A DNA stretch of 64,000 bases from Octopus vulgaris (taxonomy: Eukaryota). The stretch covers positions 51,832,001 through 51,896,000 of the forward strand of contig OX597817.1 in the NCBI GenBank assembly GCA_951406725.2. Direction: 5' to 3'. Of this stretch, positions 13,387 through 26,346 are shown piece by piece. Positions within the stretch are counted from its first letter, which is position 1. Each line of letters starts with the position of its first letter. The notes under the pieces were generated by a model, which had not been told where the DNA came from, searched no databases, and saw only the letters and a list, made by a program, of their open reading frames with translations. The position numbers and the translations under genes are program-made.

Positions 13387-13390
<4 letters not shown>
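12281..13390 (-). mobile_element. Naiad-like PLE 3' fragment with 3' UTR and HHR motif, between two (TA)n tracts
   Basis: Contains the ORF remnant plus 12281-12436, which is the reverse complement of 14852-14995 and also matches 63474-63590. Confidence 0.75.
12612..13330 (-). pseudogene. Degenerate PLE C-terminus (Naiad-like): thumb/linker region + GIY-YIG with C-terminal CxxC..CxH
   Basis: The ORF-track peptide KNIWLTIPYG..NFP...KVRIGFSNAKNLLQIISSHNNKLL continues after a frameshift, by my translation, as IYQC..RFYIGST..KRISIHYSTF..NSTGLSKLIWDLK..W.IL..PY....CLLC..E..RCKH..*. This resembles Naiad-type PLE proteins. Confidence 0.8.
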
Positions 13391-13463
<73 letters not shown>

Positions 13464-13934
13464 ATATTTCGGAATGGTCATATTGCCAGTTTAGCCAATA
13501 AAAACACACGCACTATATATTTGGTGTTATTTTGCTTCAGTGATATTTATTTTTTACATTAATCTTAATCTTATTTCGGCCAAAGTTCTTTCGTCACACT
13601 CCTGTGACCGCATCAGTGGTCCTTTGTTTTCTTCTCACTTACTTGTGTCTCTCCTTACTAACCGTCAGCCATTTTGTATTTCTATTGTATGTCTTCATCT
13701 GCGCATGCTTATATCTCTATGTGCGTCTATGTTTATTTAGTGTGTGTGTGGGGGGATGCCTGTAATATTTGTATCTTCTGGTTATATACATTCTTGTAAT
13801 TTGTATTTTGTTTTTGTTGTTGTTGCTTTTGTTCTAATTTTGTTCATGTGTTTACATCCACCCATTATTATCATTACATATGCTTGTATGTATGTATAAC
13901 AACAATATTAGTAATAATAATAATAAATCTAATT

Positions 13935-14034
<100 letters not shown>

Positions 14035-14150
14035 TATACACATATACACACACACATACACATATACATACACATATACATATATATAGTTATTCATTTC
14101 TATTTCTTTAATTATCTGTGTATTTATTATGTTTGCAGGATCCACTATCG

Positions 14151-14333
14151 TCATATGTTGTGGTGTGCGCTATTGCTCCATTCTAGTTTTCTATTCAGGC
14201 TAGGTTTATTTTCTATTATATGTGTAGCTTCTGTAATTTGTCTAATTGTTGCATCTGTTCTATGTGTGGACAATATCTTAATCTCTATGTTATTGATTGA
14301 TCCCCCGTGTTCTTGTTCAGCGTGTTGGTACAG
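14151..14333 (-). pseudogene. PLE GIY-YIG endonuclease C-terminal fragment
   Basis: My translation gives [60 protein letters not shown], matching the H...H..IL..R..EA..I...P.LN pattern of PLE endonucleases. It is absent from the ORF track. Confidence 0.75.
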
Positions 14334-14454
14334 ACACTAAATAAACATAGACGCACATAGAGATATAAGCATGCGCAGATGAAGACATACAATAGAAATA
14401 CAAAATAGCTGACGGTTAGTAAGGAGAGACACAAGTAAGTGAGAAGAAAACAAA

Positions 14455-14499
14455 GGACCACTGATGCGGTCACAGGAGTGTGACGAAAGAACTTTGGCC
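14455..14499 (+). ncRNA. Variant hammerhead-like motif (core CTGATGC); antisense twin at 13578-13622
   Basis: ggacca-CTGATGC-g-gtcac-aggagt-gtgac-GAAAG-aa-CTT-tggcc. Confidence 0.55.
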
Positions 14500-14674
14500 G
14501 AAATAAGATTAAGATTAATGTAAAAAATAAATATCACTGAAGCAAAATAACACCAAATATATAGTGCGTGTGTTTTTATTGGCTAAACTGGCAATATGAC
14601 CATTCCGAAATATAACAATATCTGTTTCAACACACGACTTCACATAAAAAATCTTGCACAACAAATATTTAAAC

Positions 14675-14716
<42 letters not shown>

Positions 14717-14851
14717 CTGAGAATGTGTGTGTCTGTTGGTCTGTCTGCATTACGAAATCTCGAGAACTGCCCAACCGATTTCATTCAGATTTTACACATG
14801 GCTTATTTGGGTCCATGCAGTGTAAGGGGCCAAAAACATTTTCAACTTCTT

Positions 14852-15141
14852 ACCTTATTGACGAGTTTCGCTTTTTTCACTTTCCTGGGGAGAAGATTCC
14901 ATTGTTTATACCATTTATTCTTTTGAATTTTCGAAACATGTGTCGAAAGTAAAAAATATTTGATTACACCTGCGTTAAACTCCATTTATGTATTCATATA
15001 TTATTCAAAATATTCAACGTAAACACGAAGTTTCTACCTTTATAAAGAAGGAGTTACAACATCTTTACTTGTGTGATTTTTGCTACCCTGGTAAGTATTT
15101 TTTTTTTCCGTGTTAATTATTAACAAGGTAAAAATACACTC

Positions 15142-15150
<9 letters not shown>
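14852..15150 (+). mobile_element. PLE pseudo-LTR + tail (same family as 12281-12436 and 63474-63640)
   Basis: Matches those loci, contains an HHR motif at 14879-14950, and ends at (TA)n. Confidence 0.8.
14879..14950 (+). ncRNA. Hammerhead motif, core mutated (CTGGGGA); antisense sibling at 12325-12410 reads CTCAGGA
   Basis: actttc-CTGGGGA-gaagattc...gaattttc-GAAAC-atgt-GTC-gaaagt. The two copies together imply consensus CTGAGGA. Confidence 0.7.
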
Positions 15151-15199
<49 letters not shown>

Positions 15200-15201
<2 letters not shown>

Positions 15202-15470
15202 CTGAGAATGTGTGTGTCTGTTGGTCTGTCTGCATCACGAAATCTCGAGAACTGCCCAACCGATTTCATTCAAATTTTACACATGGCTTACTTAGGGTCC
15301 ATGCAGTGTAAGGGGCCAAAAACATTTTCAACTTCTTACCTAATGCGAACCCGGAGCGATCTCTTATCTCTTACACTATCTCAGTATTACGTATTAAAAG
15401 TGAAACAATAAAATCTCTATTGTAATGTGAGATAATAATTTCAGTTTTAATACATTTCACTATTAATACT
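15200..15470 (+). mobile_element. Helitron-like non-autonomous element 5' part (duplicate 14716-14853; diverged antisense copy 31735-32020)
   Basis: gtctgtctg..aaccgatttcattcaaatttt motif; homology between the three loci. Confidence 0.55.
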
Positions 15471-15551
15471 TTCCACTTTGTATGGATATATGTATACATA
15501 CACACATTAGTTTCATTTCTATTACTTTCACTATGCATGTATATTTATGTC

Positions 15552-15583
<32 letters not shown>

Positions 15584-15689
15584 CGTGCGTGTGTATGTAT
15601 ATAGAAAAGAAATTGAGCAGTAATTAACAAGGAGCAGTTGATCATTGATATTAATTACTGCTCCATTTCTTTTCTTTTCTATATATATT

Positions 15690-16360
<671 letters not shown>

Positions 16361-16382
16361 ATATATACATATATATATATAC

Positions 16383-16467
<85 letters not shown>

Positions 16468-16764
16468 CATATATATATACATATATATATATATACATAT
16501 ATATATATACATATATATATACCTGTCTTGCTCTCTCTCTCCCTCTTTGTCTCTTTATAATTTTGCATGTATGTATATGTATATGTTACATGAATTTGTG
16601 TGTATGTGCGTCTCTCAGCGTATTTGTCCGAGATGACATCTTGATAAATTGTTATTGTTTCTTTACGAGGATACAACTGTCACTGTTGTGCAATATCGTT
16701 GTATATTATGGTTGTATGAGCAATATATTGATGGACAATGGCGGGGACGGCAACGAAGGAGGCG

Positions 16765-16818
16765 GACGAGAAGAAGGAGGAGAAGAAGGAAGGGGAGGGG
16801 AGGGGAGGAGGAGGAGAA

Positions 16819-16849
<31 letters not shown>

Positions 16850-16884
16850 GGAGAAAGAAGGAGGAGGAGAGGAAGAAGAAGAAG

Positions 16885-16915
<31 letters not shown>

Positions 16916-17192
16916 GGAGAAAGAAGGAGGAGGAGGAGAGGAAGAAGAAGAAGAAGAAGATGGAGATGGAGGAGGAGAGGAAGAAGAAGAAGAAGAAGAA
17001 GAAGAAGAAGAAGAAGAGGAGGAGGAGGAGGAAGGGAGAAGGAGAAGATGAAGAATAGGAAGATGGAGATGGAGGAGGATGAGAAGAAGAAGAAGAAGAG
17101 GAGGAGGAGGAGGAGGAGGAAGGGAGGAGAAGATGAAGAAGAGGAAGAGGAGAAAAAAGATGAAGAAGAGACAAGAGTAGGAGGAGGAGGAG
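16765..17192. repeat. (GAA/GAG)n purine tract
   Basis: Direct reading; similar tracts at 43820-44040 and 45925-46120. Confidence 0.95.
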
Positions 17193-17299
17193 GATATCCA
17201 ATACTTTTTAAGTGGGAGACTTGAAAATTGTGATTTCTCTCGCATGAAACCAATTGCTGTCCTGTCAATCCACAAAGCAGTCAGCTACCCTACCCTAGT

Positions 17300-17763
17300 C
17301 TCACTCTTTCTTCCTGTTTCTGTTGTACCTGTATTTCAAAGAGGCCAGCCTTGTCACACACTGTGTCACGCTGAATCTCCCCGAGAACTACGTTAAGGGT
17401 ACAAGTTTCTGTGGAGTGCTCAGCCACTTGCACGTTAATTTCACGAGCAGGCTGTTCCGTTGATCGGATCAACTGAAACCCTCGTCGTCGTAACCGTCCG
17501 AGTGCCACCTGTCTTCGTCATTTGTTTTTTATTTGTGTGAATTCTCCCTATATATATATATATACATATACATACATATATATATATATATGTATATACG
17601 ATCGTGGGTTTGTGAGAGAATACAGCAGGGTTCGCCTCCAGCCGCTGCCGGATCTTTAGATGTTTTCGCTCAATAAACACTCAAAACAACCGGCCTGGAA
17701 ATCGAAACCGCGATCCTATGACCGCGAGTCCGCTGCTCTAACCGCTGGGCCAATACGCCTCCA
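17300..17763. mobile_element. SINE family C split in two: 3' half + (17300-17508), 5' half - (17606-17763)
   Basis: The halves correspond to adjacent parts of 8407-8764 but lie in opposite orientations. Confidence 0.75.
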
Positions 17764-17782
17764 CGTATAATATTATATAATA

Positions 17783-18765
17783 CTAGCAGAGATACCCGGT
17801 GTTGCCAGTGGGACAGGGAAATCAAGAATTAGACTTTTCTTTTATATTTTCTGTAATGAACTGGAATACCTATGATTCAAAATTCAACAAAATTGCAGAT
17901 GAAGAATTTTAATGCCGATTCTTTCCCTCTTTAAACGCCGGAACAAAAATTCTAATCATGACACATTTATCCCATACTATTCGTATTTATGCCCAGATTC
18001 CAAAATTAAAATCGTATGGAATCTATTCAAAGGTTTTTGCTCCTGAAAATTGGAGCTCATAGAGCTCTAAAATGTGGGAGTTAAGGCCCCTATTGGGGGG
18101 TGTCTTAAAGTCAAACAGAGAAGTTGATTTGTTGGGAATCTTTTTAACTTGGGTTTTATATCTGTTGATCAAATTTCTTTGAAATAGGAAATATACGTAT
18201 GTTCACAGGGTTTGCAAAAGAGAGCAAAGCTACCGGAAAACAAAAGACGAATGATTACAATAAGCAGTCAGCTACCCTACCCTAGTCGCTACCACTCCCG
18301 AATGTAGGATTCCTCGCCATACAGGTGATGGGTACAGCCGTAAGATGCATTACGGATCTATAGCAACTGGAACGGCATGATCCAATCAAATAAACAACTA
18401 TATGACGTGAGGGCTAAGGGGAAATGGAAGTGTCACCTCTGGATTTTGCCAATGATCACTATGCCGATAGGTAACTGCACAGAATAAATTTGCAATCTAT
18501 AAATCTCTTTTAATAACCAGTCACTTATCTGGGAAGGCCTTGAAATGTTGCCATCTAGAAACTGTGTGACCCAGTGATAATAAAAAATACAAAGGAGGTC
18601 TGCAACCAAATATCTTTACTCAAATAACACTTTGCAAGTGAATCAGTGGAGGCAAAGATGCCTCTCCTTTACTTGACAATATATGCACCACATTGCAGAA
18701 ATCACAGTCTAAGTATATCTCAAAGCCAACTCTTACACTGTTGTACCACTGAATTACAAATTAAT
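17783..18765 (-). mobile_element. 3' part of the same Helitron-like element, inverted
   Basis: Reverse complement aligns with ~27595-28552 and ends ccgggtatctctgCTAG-t. Confidence 0.65.
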
Positions 18766-18970
18766 ATTCAATTTCTCACCCTTATTATTTTAAATTTAAA
18801 TTTAAACCCAAAACCATGTGTTTTGGAACGAAGTTTGTTACCACACAGCCACACCTGCACCTATGTATGTGTGTGTGTGTATGTGTGTATAGCGTGTATG
18901 TGTGTATAGCTGTATATGTATACATTTATTTCTATACATAAAGATGTATATGTATAGATGTATATGAGTA

Positions 18971-19008
<38 letters not shown>

Positions 19009-19077
19009 TGTACACATATATATATTCACATATATACATGCATACATATATACACTCATACACACATACACACACAC

Positions 19078-19390
19078 AGGTGCAGGTGTGGCTGTGTGGT
19101 AACAAACTTCGTTCCAAAACACATGGTCCTCAGTTCAGTCCCACTGTGTGGTGACTTGGCATGTGTCTTCTGCTATAGCCTCGGACCAACCAAAGCCTTG
19201 TCAGTGGATTTTCTAGACACAAACTGAAAGAAATCAATCGTATATATATGTATATATATACGTAAGTCTGTGTGTATGTGTTTGTGTTTCTCCAAAATCA
19301 TTGCCTCACAACTGGTGTTCGTTTATTTACATCCCCATAACTTACTGGTGTCACAAGAAGAAACTGATAGAATAAGTACCAGGTTTATCA
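19078..19390 (+). mobile_element. SINE family A, diverged variant (paralogous to 26560-26750 + and 28640-28999 -)
   Basis: Shared diagnostic substitutions (ccaaaacacatgg, gaaatcaatcg) and a shared downstream flank. Confidence 0.75.
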
Positions 19391-19480
19391 AAATAAAAAA
19401 AAACACTAGGCAGTATCTCATATTTTTGTTTGCCCACACAATTTATCTTTGTGTGTGTGTGTGTACATACACACACACAA

Positions 19481-19539
<59 letters not shown>

Positions 19540-19575
19540 TATTTAAAAAAGGAGATGTGGAACACGAGTTGTGAT

Positions 19576-19809
19576 ATATAAAACAGAAAATGAAGAAAAT
19601 GCTGACAAAATAATTTAAGTAATTTAAGTAATTTAATCAGGTGAAAGTTCTTTTTAAAAATCTATCAGAAAGTAACTCTATCACTCTTAAAAAAACATCT
19701 TTTTGATAAGCATAACAAATGCGCAACCGGTAAAAAGAACTTTCACCTAATTAAATTACTTAAATTACTTAAATTATTTTGTCAGCATTTTCTTCATTTC
19801 CTTTTTTAT

Positions 19810-19811
<2 letters not shown>
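19576..19811. repeat. Inverted repeat, ~80-bp arms (19576-19655 / 19732-19811)
   Basis: gaagaaaatgctgacaaaataatttaag... vs ...cttaaattattttgtcagcattttcttc. Confidence 0.85.
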
Positions 19812-19878
<67 letters not shown>

Positions 19879-19917
19879 AAAAAAGGTTTGAAAATGCAAT
19901 TTAAACGATGTTTATTT

Positions 19918-19958
19918 ACTTAACCGGTTTCACTCTTTGGTAAAAGATTGTCAAAAGT
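19918..19958 (-). ncRNA. Hammerhead motif with U3-A8 core variant
   Basis: Minus strand reads actt-TTGACAA-t-cttt-accaa-agag-t-GAAAC-cg-GTT-aagt, followed by AATAAA. Confidence 0.65.
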
Positions 19959-19971
19959 TACATTTAAGGAA

Positions 19972-20198
19972 ACATTGAATAATATGGGTTCAAAAAAGTT
20001 TTTTACATAATTGTCACATTGAATATTATGCATTCAAAAAAGTTTTTTACATAATTGTCACATTGGATATTATGGGTTCAAAAAAGTTTTTTACATAATT
20101 GTCACATTGAATATTATGCATTCAAAAAAGTTTTTTACATAATTGTCACATTGGATATTATGAATTCAAAAATGTTTTTTTATACATAATTGTCACAT
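19972..20198. repeat. 44-bp minisatellite x5 with alternating variants
   Basis: Unit ttcaaaaaagttttttacataattgtcacattg(a/g)atattatg(ca/gg). Confidence 0.9.
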
Positions 20199-20835
20199 TA
20201 CATGTATAAATATAGTGTTTGGTAACAGAGAAGTTCAATAGTGTGATGAGACTATTTGGGAAAATTTGGCAGAAAAGGATAAAACAAATATATTATTGGG
20301 AATTGGTTGCGTTAATTATTGGTTGTCGCAAATTGTCACATTACATGTATATATATACAATCTTTGGTATATATATACAGCGTTTTGACAGCAAAAATTA
20401 AAATGGATTTTTTGTACATCTCAGAATATTTTAAGTATGTTTTTACTGACCTGTCAGTATTAGCAGAAAGGCTGAACTGAGAGAACAGAAGAAGTAGCCA
20501 ATGTGGTGTATACTTCCCCTTTATGCATGAATGATTTTGGGGTTATCAGGAGGTTAGTATGCGGGTGTGAATAGATGTGTCCGTGCCTGCTGGTCAGACA
20601 GCGTCTGTTTGTCACACACATATATATACACACAAACACACACACACACAACAACACACACACACACACACACATAGTATACAAACACACACCACATACA
20701 AACAACACACACACACACACAGAACACACACACCCACACACAACGCACCCACATATATCACATATACACACAGCACACAAATATAACATGTATCTATATA
20801 TAACATACACAGATATATAACACACATACACACAC

Positions 20836-20870
<35 letters not shown>

Positions 20871-21677
20871 CACACACACATACATACATAATATAAATAT
20901 CACACAAATACACCTAGCATATATATACACACATACAATACACACATACAGCATGTAAGTAATATACATACACAATATATGCATGCAATATACATACGCA
21001 ATACATACATATAATATATATATATATAGACAATGCATATACATATATACACATATACATATAAATAGTGTTTACATACACATACATAGATGTACCATAT
21101 ATACACACAACACACATACATACAATGCATACACATACACGTACGCATACATATGATATATATATATACACACACACACACATAACATACATACACACAC
21201 AATGCATACATATATATACACGCAATGCATATACATGTATTCATGCACATATAGCACACCTACAATATACATATATACAGTGCACACATACACACAAATA
21301 TATACACTTAATTGTACACGTACATATACAATACACATACATACAATATACATATACACAATGCGCATGCAAATAATGTACATGTTTATACACACATAAA
21401 CATGCAAATAAATATACACACACACACATACACACACACACATATATATACACATATATATATATATATACACTCATACATACATACATACATGCACATA
21501 CATATATTTTTTCACACACATACACCCACATATATATATATAAAAAATTCACCACCCCCCACACACACAAATTACAAACCTATAGCGTACACACTCAAAT
21601 ATATCTCTACATGCCGCACACACACACAAACAAAGTACTAACATATACACACATACCATGCATATACACACACAACG

Positions 21678-21721
<44 letters not shown>

Positions 21722-21884
21722 TGTAAATACATACACACGTACACAATGCTCACACACACACACACACACACATACACACACACCCGCACACAGTGCACAC
21801 ACACACACACATATATACACACGTGCACACACACACACACATACAACGCGCGCACACACACATATACACACACACGCACACAGT

Positions 21885-21916
<32 letters not shown>

Positions 21917-22101
21917 CACTCACACACATACATCACCTACATATATATAATGCATGCGTGTGCATGCCACGTATGTGTGCGGTCAATGCCCGCTAGTGTG
22001 TCCTATGCGTGCCGATGCGCGCATGTGCCCGCCCGCACGATATGCTGTGAGCGTGCGCGCGTCCCTGTGTGCTTGCTCTGGATGTGCTTCCAGGGGGTAT
22101 G

Positions 22102-23433
22102 TTAGAGTATGTTTAGTTGTGGTCTGTGTTTTTGAATAAGATTACTTTCCTTATTTATTCGTGTTTGGTCTGTGGTGTTGTCCGAGCATTGGTATAGTGG
22201 GAAGACTAAGAATTTGGGGGACTTATTGTGTGCACAAAGGTCTAAGTGTCCACTTAGTGGTATCTGTCTTGTGGAGGGGTCCCTCAGTTGTTGTCGGTGA
22301 ACTGTCATTCTGTCTCTGAGGGTAAGGCTCGTTTGCCCTATGTAGTCTTCGTGGCATCCTTCACACCTTATGACGTAGAGTAAATTTTTTGATGCGCACG
22401 TGAAGTTATTTTTTATGATGAATGTGTGTCCCGAGTGGAACTTGTACGACGATCCCTCAATGAGGTGGATGCAGGTCTTACAGTTGGGGCGACCACATTT
22501 TTTGATGGTGGGCGGTGGGTTTGTGTTGTGTAATTTTGCGTTGGTGAGGAGGTTTTTTAGGGATTTAGGTTGTCTCTTACTTTTTATTATTTTATGAGCT
22601 GCCAGTATTTTTTTCAGGCGTGGGTCTTGATTTAGTTGTGGAATGTTGTTGTATATAATAGTGTAAGCTTCTGCATTCCTTGGGTTGTGTGTTGAGAGAT
22701 AAGGGAGGCTATTGACTGTACTGTGGATGTGTTTGGGTTTTCGAAGGTCTTGAATGTTGATTGATTTGGCCCGTTCTATTCCGTTGTCTACTAGTGATGC
22801 CGGGTAATGTCTTTCGAGAAGAATTGCCCTTAGTTCCCGGAGTCTTCTATTTCGTGTTGTGTCATTTGAGACAATAGTGCAGATTCTTCTCGCTAGGTTG
22901 AAGGGGATATTTGTCTTTGTGTGTTTTGGGTGATTGGAGGTGAATAGAAGGTATTGTTTAGAGTCAGTGGGTTTGTAATGGATGTCAGTTTCAATGTTGA
23001 CGCCTTTTTTAATGATTAGGATGTCAAGAAAAGGGAGTTGGTCCTGACTATATTCCATTGTGAATTGAATGTTGTTATTTACACTGTTGATAAGGTTTTT
23101 GAAGTCTATAAGTTGGTCGAGTGTGTGGGACCATAGGATGAGGCAATCATCTAAGTAGCGTTTCCAGTTCTCCAACAGGTATTTGTGGAAAGACTGGCCG
23201 TACTTATATTTGGATTTTTCATAGATATGTGATTCCAGGTAGGCCATCACCAGGTTTGCATAGGTAGGTGCAACTTTCGTACCCATTGCAGTCCCTGAGA
23301 CCTGTCTGTAAGTGTTGTTGTGGAAATACATGAAGTTGTTTTGCAGAATAAATTTGAGGCCCTCAATTATGAATTCTTTTTTAATTCTTTCCGGGATCTC
23401 ATTGGGATATTTATCCAGCCAGAATTTAATGGC

Positions 23434-23437
<4 letters not shown>
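22102..23437 (-). CDS. Penelope-like element (Neptune-type) RT + GIY-YIG endonuclease, 5'-truncated but uninterrupted (~445 codons)
   Basis: The ORF shows PLE RT motifs ([51 protein letters not shown]), a Cys linker CGRPNCKTC typical of Neptune-group PLEs, and a GIY-YIG domain ([17 protein letters not shown]...H..KE..LN). The ORF-track start at 23526 is only (TA)n readthrough. Confidence 0.95.
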
Positions 23438-23495
<58 letters not shown>

Positions 23496-23520
23496 CATAC
23501 ATATATATACATATATATAT

Positions 23521-23587
<67 letters not shown>

Positions 23588-23591
<4 letters not shown>

Positions 23592-24046
23592 ATTATATAG
23601 AAGGAGCTTCTACAGGACTAGTACTGTTTCATTCAAGAGAAATCTTCAGGAAGCTATTTAACAAGAATTGTATTAGCATTTATACATTTAGGCAGGTTTA
23701 AAGGAGTGGTGGTGGGGGACTTTTTGGGGGTAGGCATAGCGCAAAATATCATACTTGGGGAGTGGTCAAGGAGTCAGTGGTAAGTTAGATGAAAGAATAG
23801 ATAAATAAGAAAATAAAAAAATAAAAAAATAAAAAATAAAAAAATAAAAAGATAAAATAAAAAAATAAAGAATATAAAAAATATATATAAAAAAATATAT
23901 ATATAAAATATATATATAAAAAAATATATATATAAAAAAAGGGGGGATAGAGTTATAGGTAAATAAGGAGATTCTCACTTATACCTATACACACATGTAT
24001 ACGTATCTACACACACATACACACATACACATATATATACACACAC

Positions 24047-24077
<31 letters not shown>

Positions 24078-24534
24078 CATACCTACACATACACACATAC
24101 ATACATACAAATATACATATACATATATATATATACAATCCAATACAGGCCCATTCCCTAATTTTAATTTTATTATCTTCATTTATTACTTTTGTTATCT
24201 TTGATCGCTAGGGCATTAAGAATCCTGGCAATGGCTGCATGTCCATTTGTCTGTCTACTAGAAGGCAAGTACTCATTCCCGCACGCACACTCATTAGCAC
24301 GTACATTCACCCATTCGTACACTCATACACATACACGTACGCACGCGTTATATTCATACATACAAACATCTACATACGTTCACGTATATACACATACGTA
24401 CTCGTACCTACAGATTCGTGTCTACACTTTAGGAGGCTAGTCTATACATATACACCAATAAATATACATATATATATATATACCCGCATATACATACACA
24501 CACACACATATATACTCCTACATACAGATACATA

Positions 24535-24578
<44 letters not shown>

Positions 24579-25072
24579 CATACACATACACACATACATA
24601 TACACACACATACATACACATATATATACATACACAAACATATATACACACACATATATATACATACACACATACACACATACATACGTATACATACATA
24701 CATACATCCATACATCCATACTTACATGCATTTATACGCATACACACACCCATCTATATATATGTATATATATATATATATATATATACACACTCACACA
24801 TACATATACAAATCTACGCACACACATACATACATACACGTATACGCATACACGCACATACACATATACATGCGTACCCATACACGTGCACACACGCACG
24901 CGCATCCATATATATACACACACACACATATATATATACACGTGTGCAAGCATACATACATACTCATACGCGCACACATACTTACAAATACATATATGCA
25001 CACACTTACACACATATATATACATACACATATACATGCATACATACATATATGCATACATACACACACGCA

Positions 25073-25130
<58 letters not shown>

Positions 25131-25175
25131 TAGACATATACACATACATACACATACACATACGTACACACATAT

Positions 25176-25220
<45 letters not shown>

Positions 25221-25425
25221 TACATATATACACATATACATACATATACATACACACACACATACACATATACATATACACTGATACACCTACCCATACA
25301 TACACATGCATATACTTATATTACTACATACTCACATATATAAACATATATACATATACACACATACATATATACATGTACATACACATACGTATGCATA
25401 TATATATATATACATATATATACAC

Positions 25426-25466
<41 letters not shown>

Positions 25467-25538
25467 TATACACATATGTGTATATATATGTGTATGTATG
25501 TGTGTGTATATGTATGTGTGTATGTGTATGTATGTGTG

Positions 25539-25579
<41 letters not shown>

Positions 25580-26034
25580 GTATCTGTATGTAGGAGTATA
25601 TATGTGTGTGTGTGTATGTATATGCAGGGTATATATATATATATGTATATTTATTGGTGTATATGTATAGACTAGCCTCCTAAAGTGTAGACACGAATCT
25701 GTAGGTACGAGTACGTATGTGTATATACGTGAACGTATGTAGATGTTTGTATGTATGAATATAACGCGTGCGTACGTGTATGTGTATGAGTGTACGAATG
25801 GGTGAATGTACGTGCTAATGAGTGTGCGTGCGGGAATGAGTACTTGCCTTCTAGTAGACAGACAAATGGACATGCAGCCATTGCCAGGATTCTTAGCCCT
25901 AGCGATCAAAGATAACAAAAGTAATAAATGAAGATAATAAAATTAAAATTAGGGAATGGGCCTGTATTGGATTGTATATATATATATGTATATGTATATT
26001 TGTATGTATGTATGTGTGTATGTGTAGGTGTGTG

Positions 26035-26065
<31 letters not shown>

Positions 26066-26346
26066 GTGTGTGTGTATATATATGTGTATGTGTGTATGTG
26101 TGTGTAGATACGTATACATGTGTGTATAGGTATAAGTGAGAATCTCCTTATTTACCTATAACTCTATCCCCCCTTTTTTTTATATATATATTTTTTTATA
26201 TATATATTTTATATATATATTTTTTTATATATATTTTTTATATTCTTTATTCTTTTATTTTATCTTTTTTATTTTTTTATTTTTTATTTTTTTATTTTTA
26301 TCTACCACTGACTCCTTGACCACTCCCCCAAGTATGATATTTTGCG

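Larger units (their letters stand above)
19876..23437 (-). mobile_element. Probable full extent of the truncated Neptune PLE: ORF end, long microsatellite/minisatellite 3' region, HHR motif, AATAAA, flanked by (TA)n on both sides
   Basis: (TA)n tracts lie at 19820-19875 and 23438-23588. On the minus strand the ORF is followed by (TG)-rich DNA, a 44-bp minisatellite, an HHR-like motif (19918-19958) and AATAAA. Continuity across the microsatellite is inferred. Confidence 0.6.

Noticed and set aside
15600-15682. Small imperfect hairpin (gagcagtaattaa / ttaattactgctc) as a miRNA candidate
   Set aside because: Lies in AT-rich repeat context with a large loop; no evidence beyond foldability.
16563-17275. 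Poly-E/R/K/S/L ORFs of 100-200 aa
   Set aside because: Translations of a (GAA/GAG)n tract; no splice or domain evidence.
19972-20198. CRISPR-like regular repeats
   Set aside because: Head-to-tail minisatellite with no unique spacers and no cas genes, in a eukaryotic context.
23438-23526. ORF-track N-terminal extensions of the PLE and CR1 ORFs (also 31085-31254)
   Set aside because: Microsatellite readthrough; both elements are 5'-truncated and lack native starts.
24239-25918. 478-aa and 200-aa ORFs with identical N-termini on opposite strands
   Set aside because: Artefact of the inverted repeat plus stop-free microsatellite.
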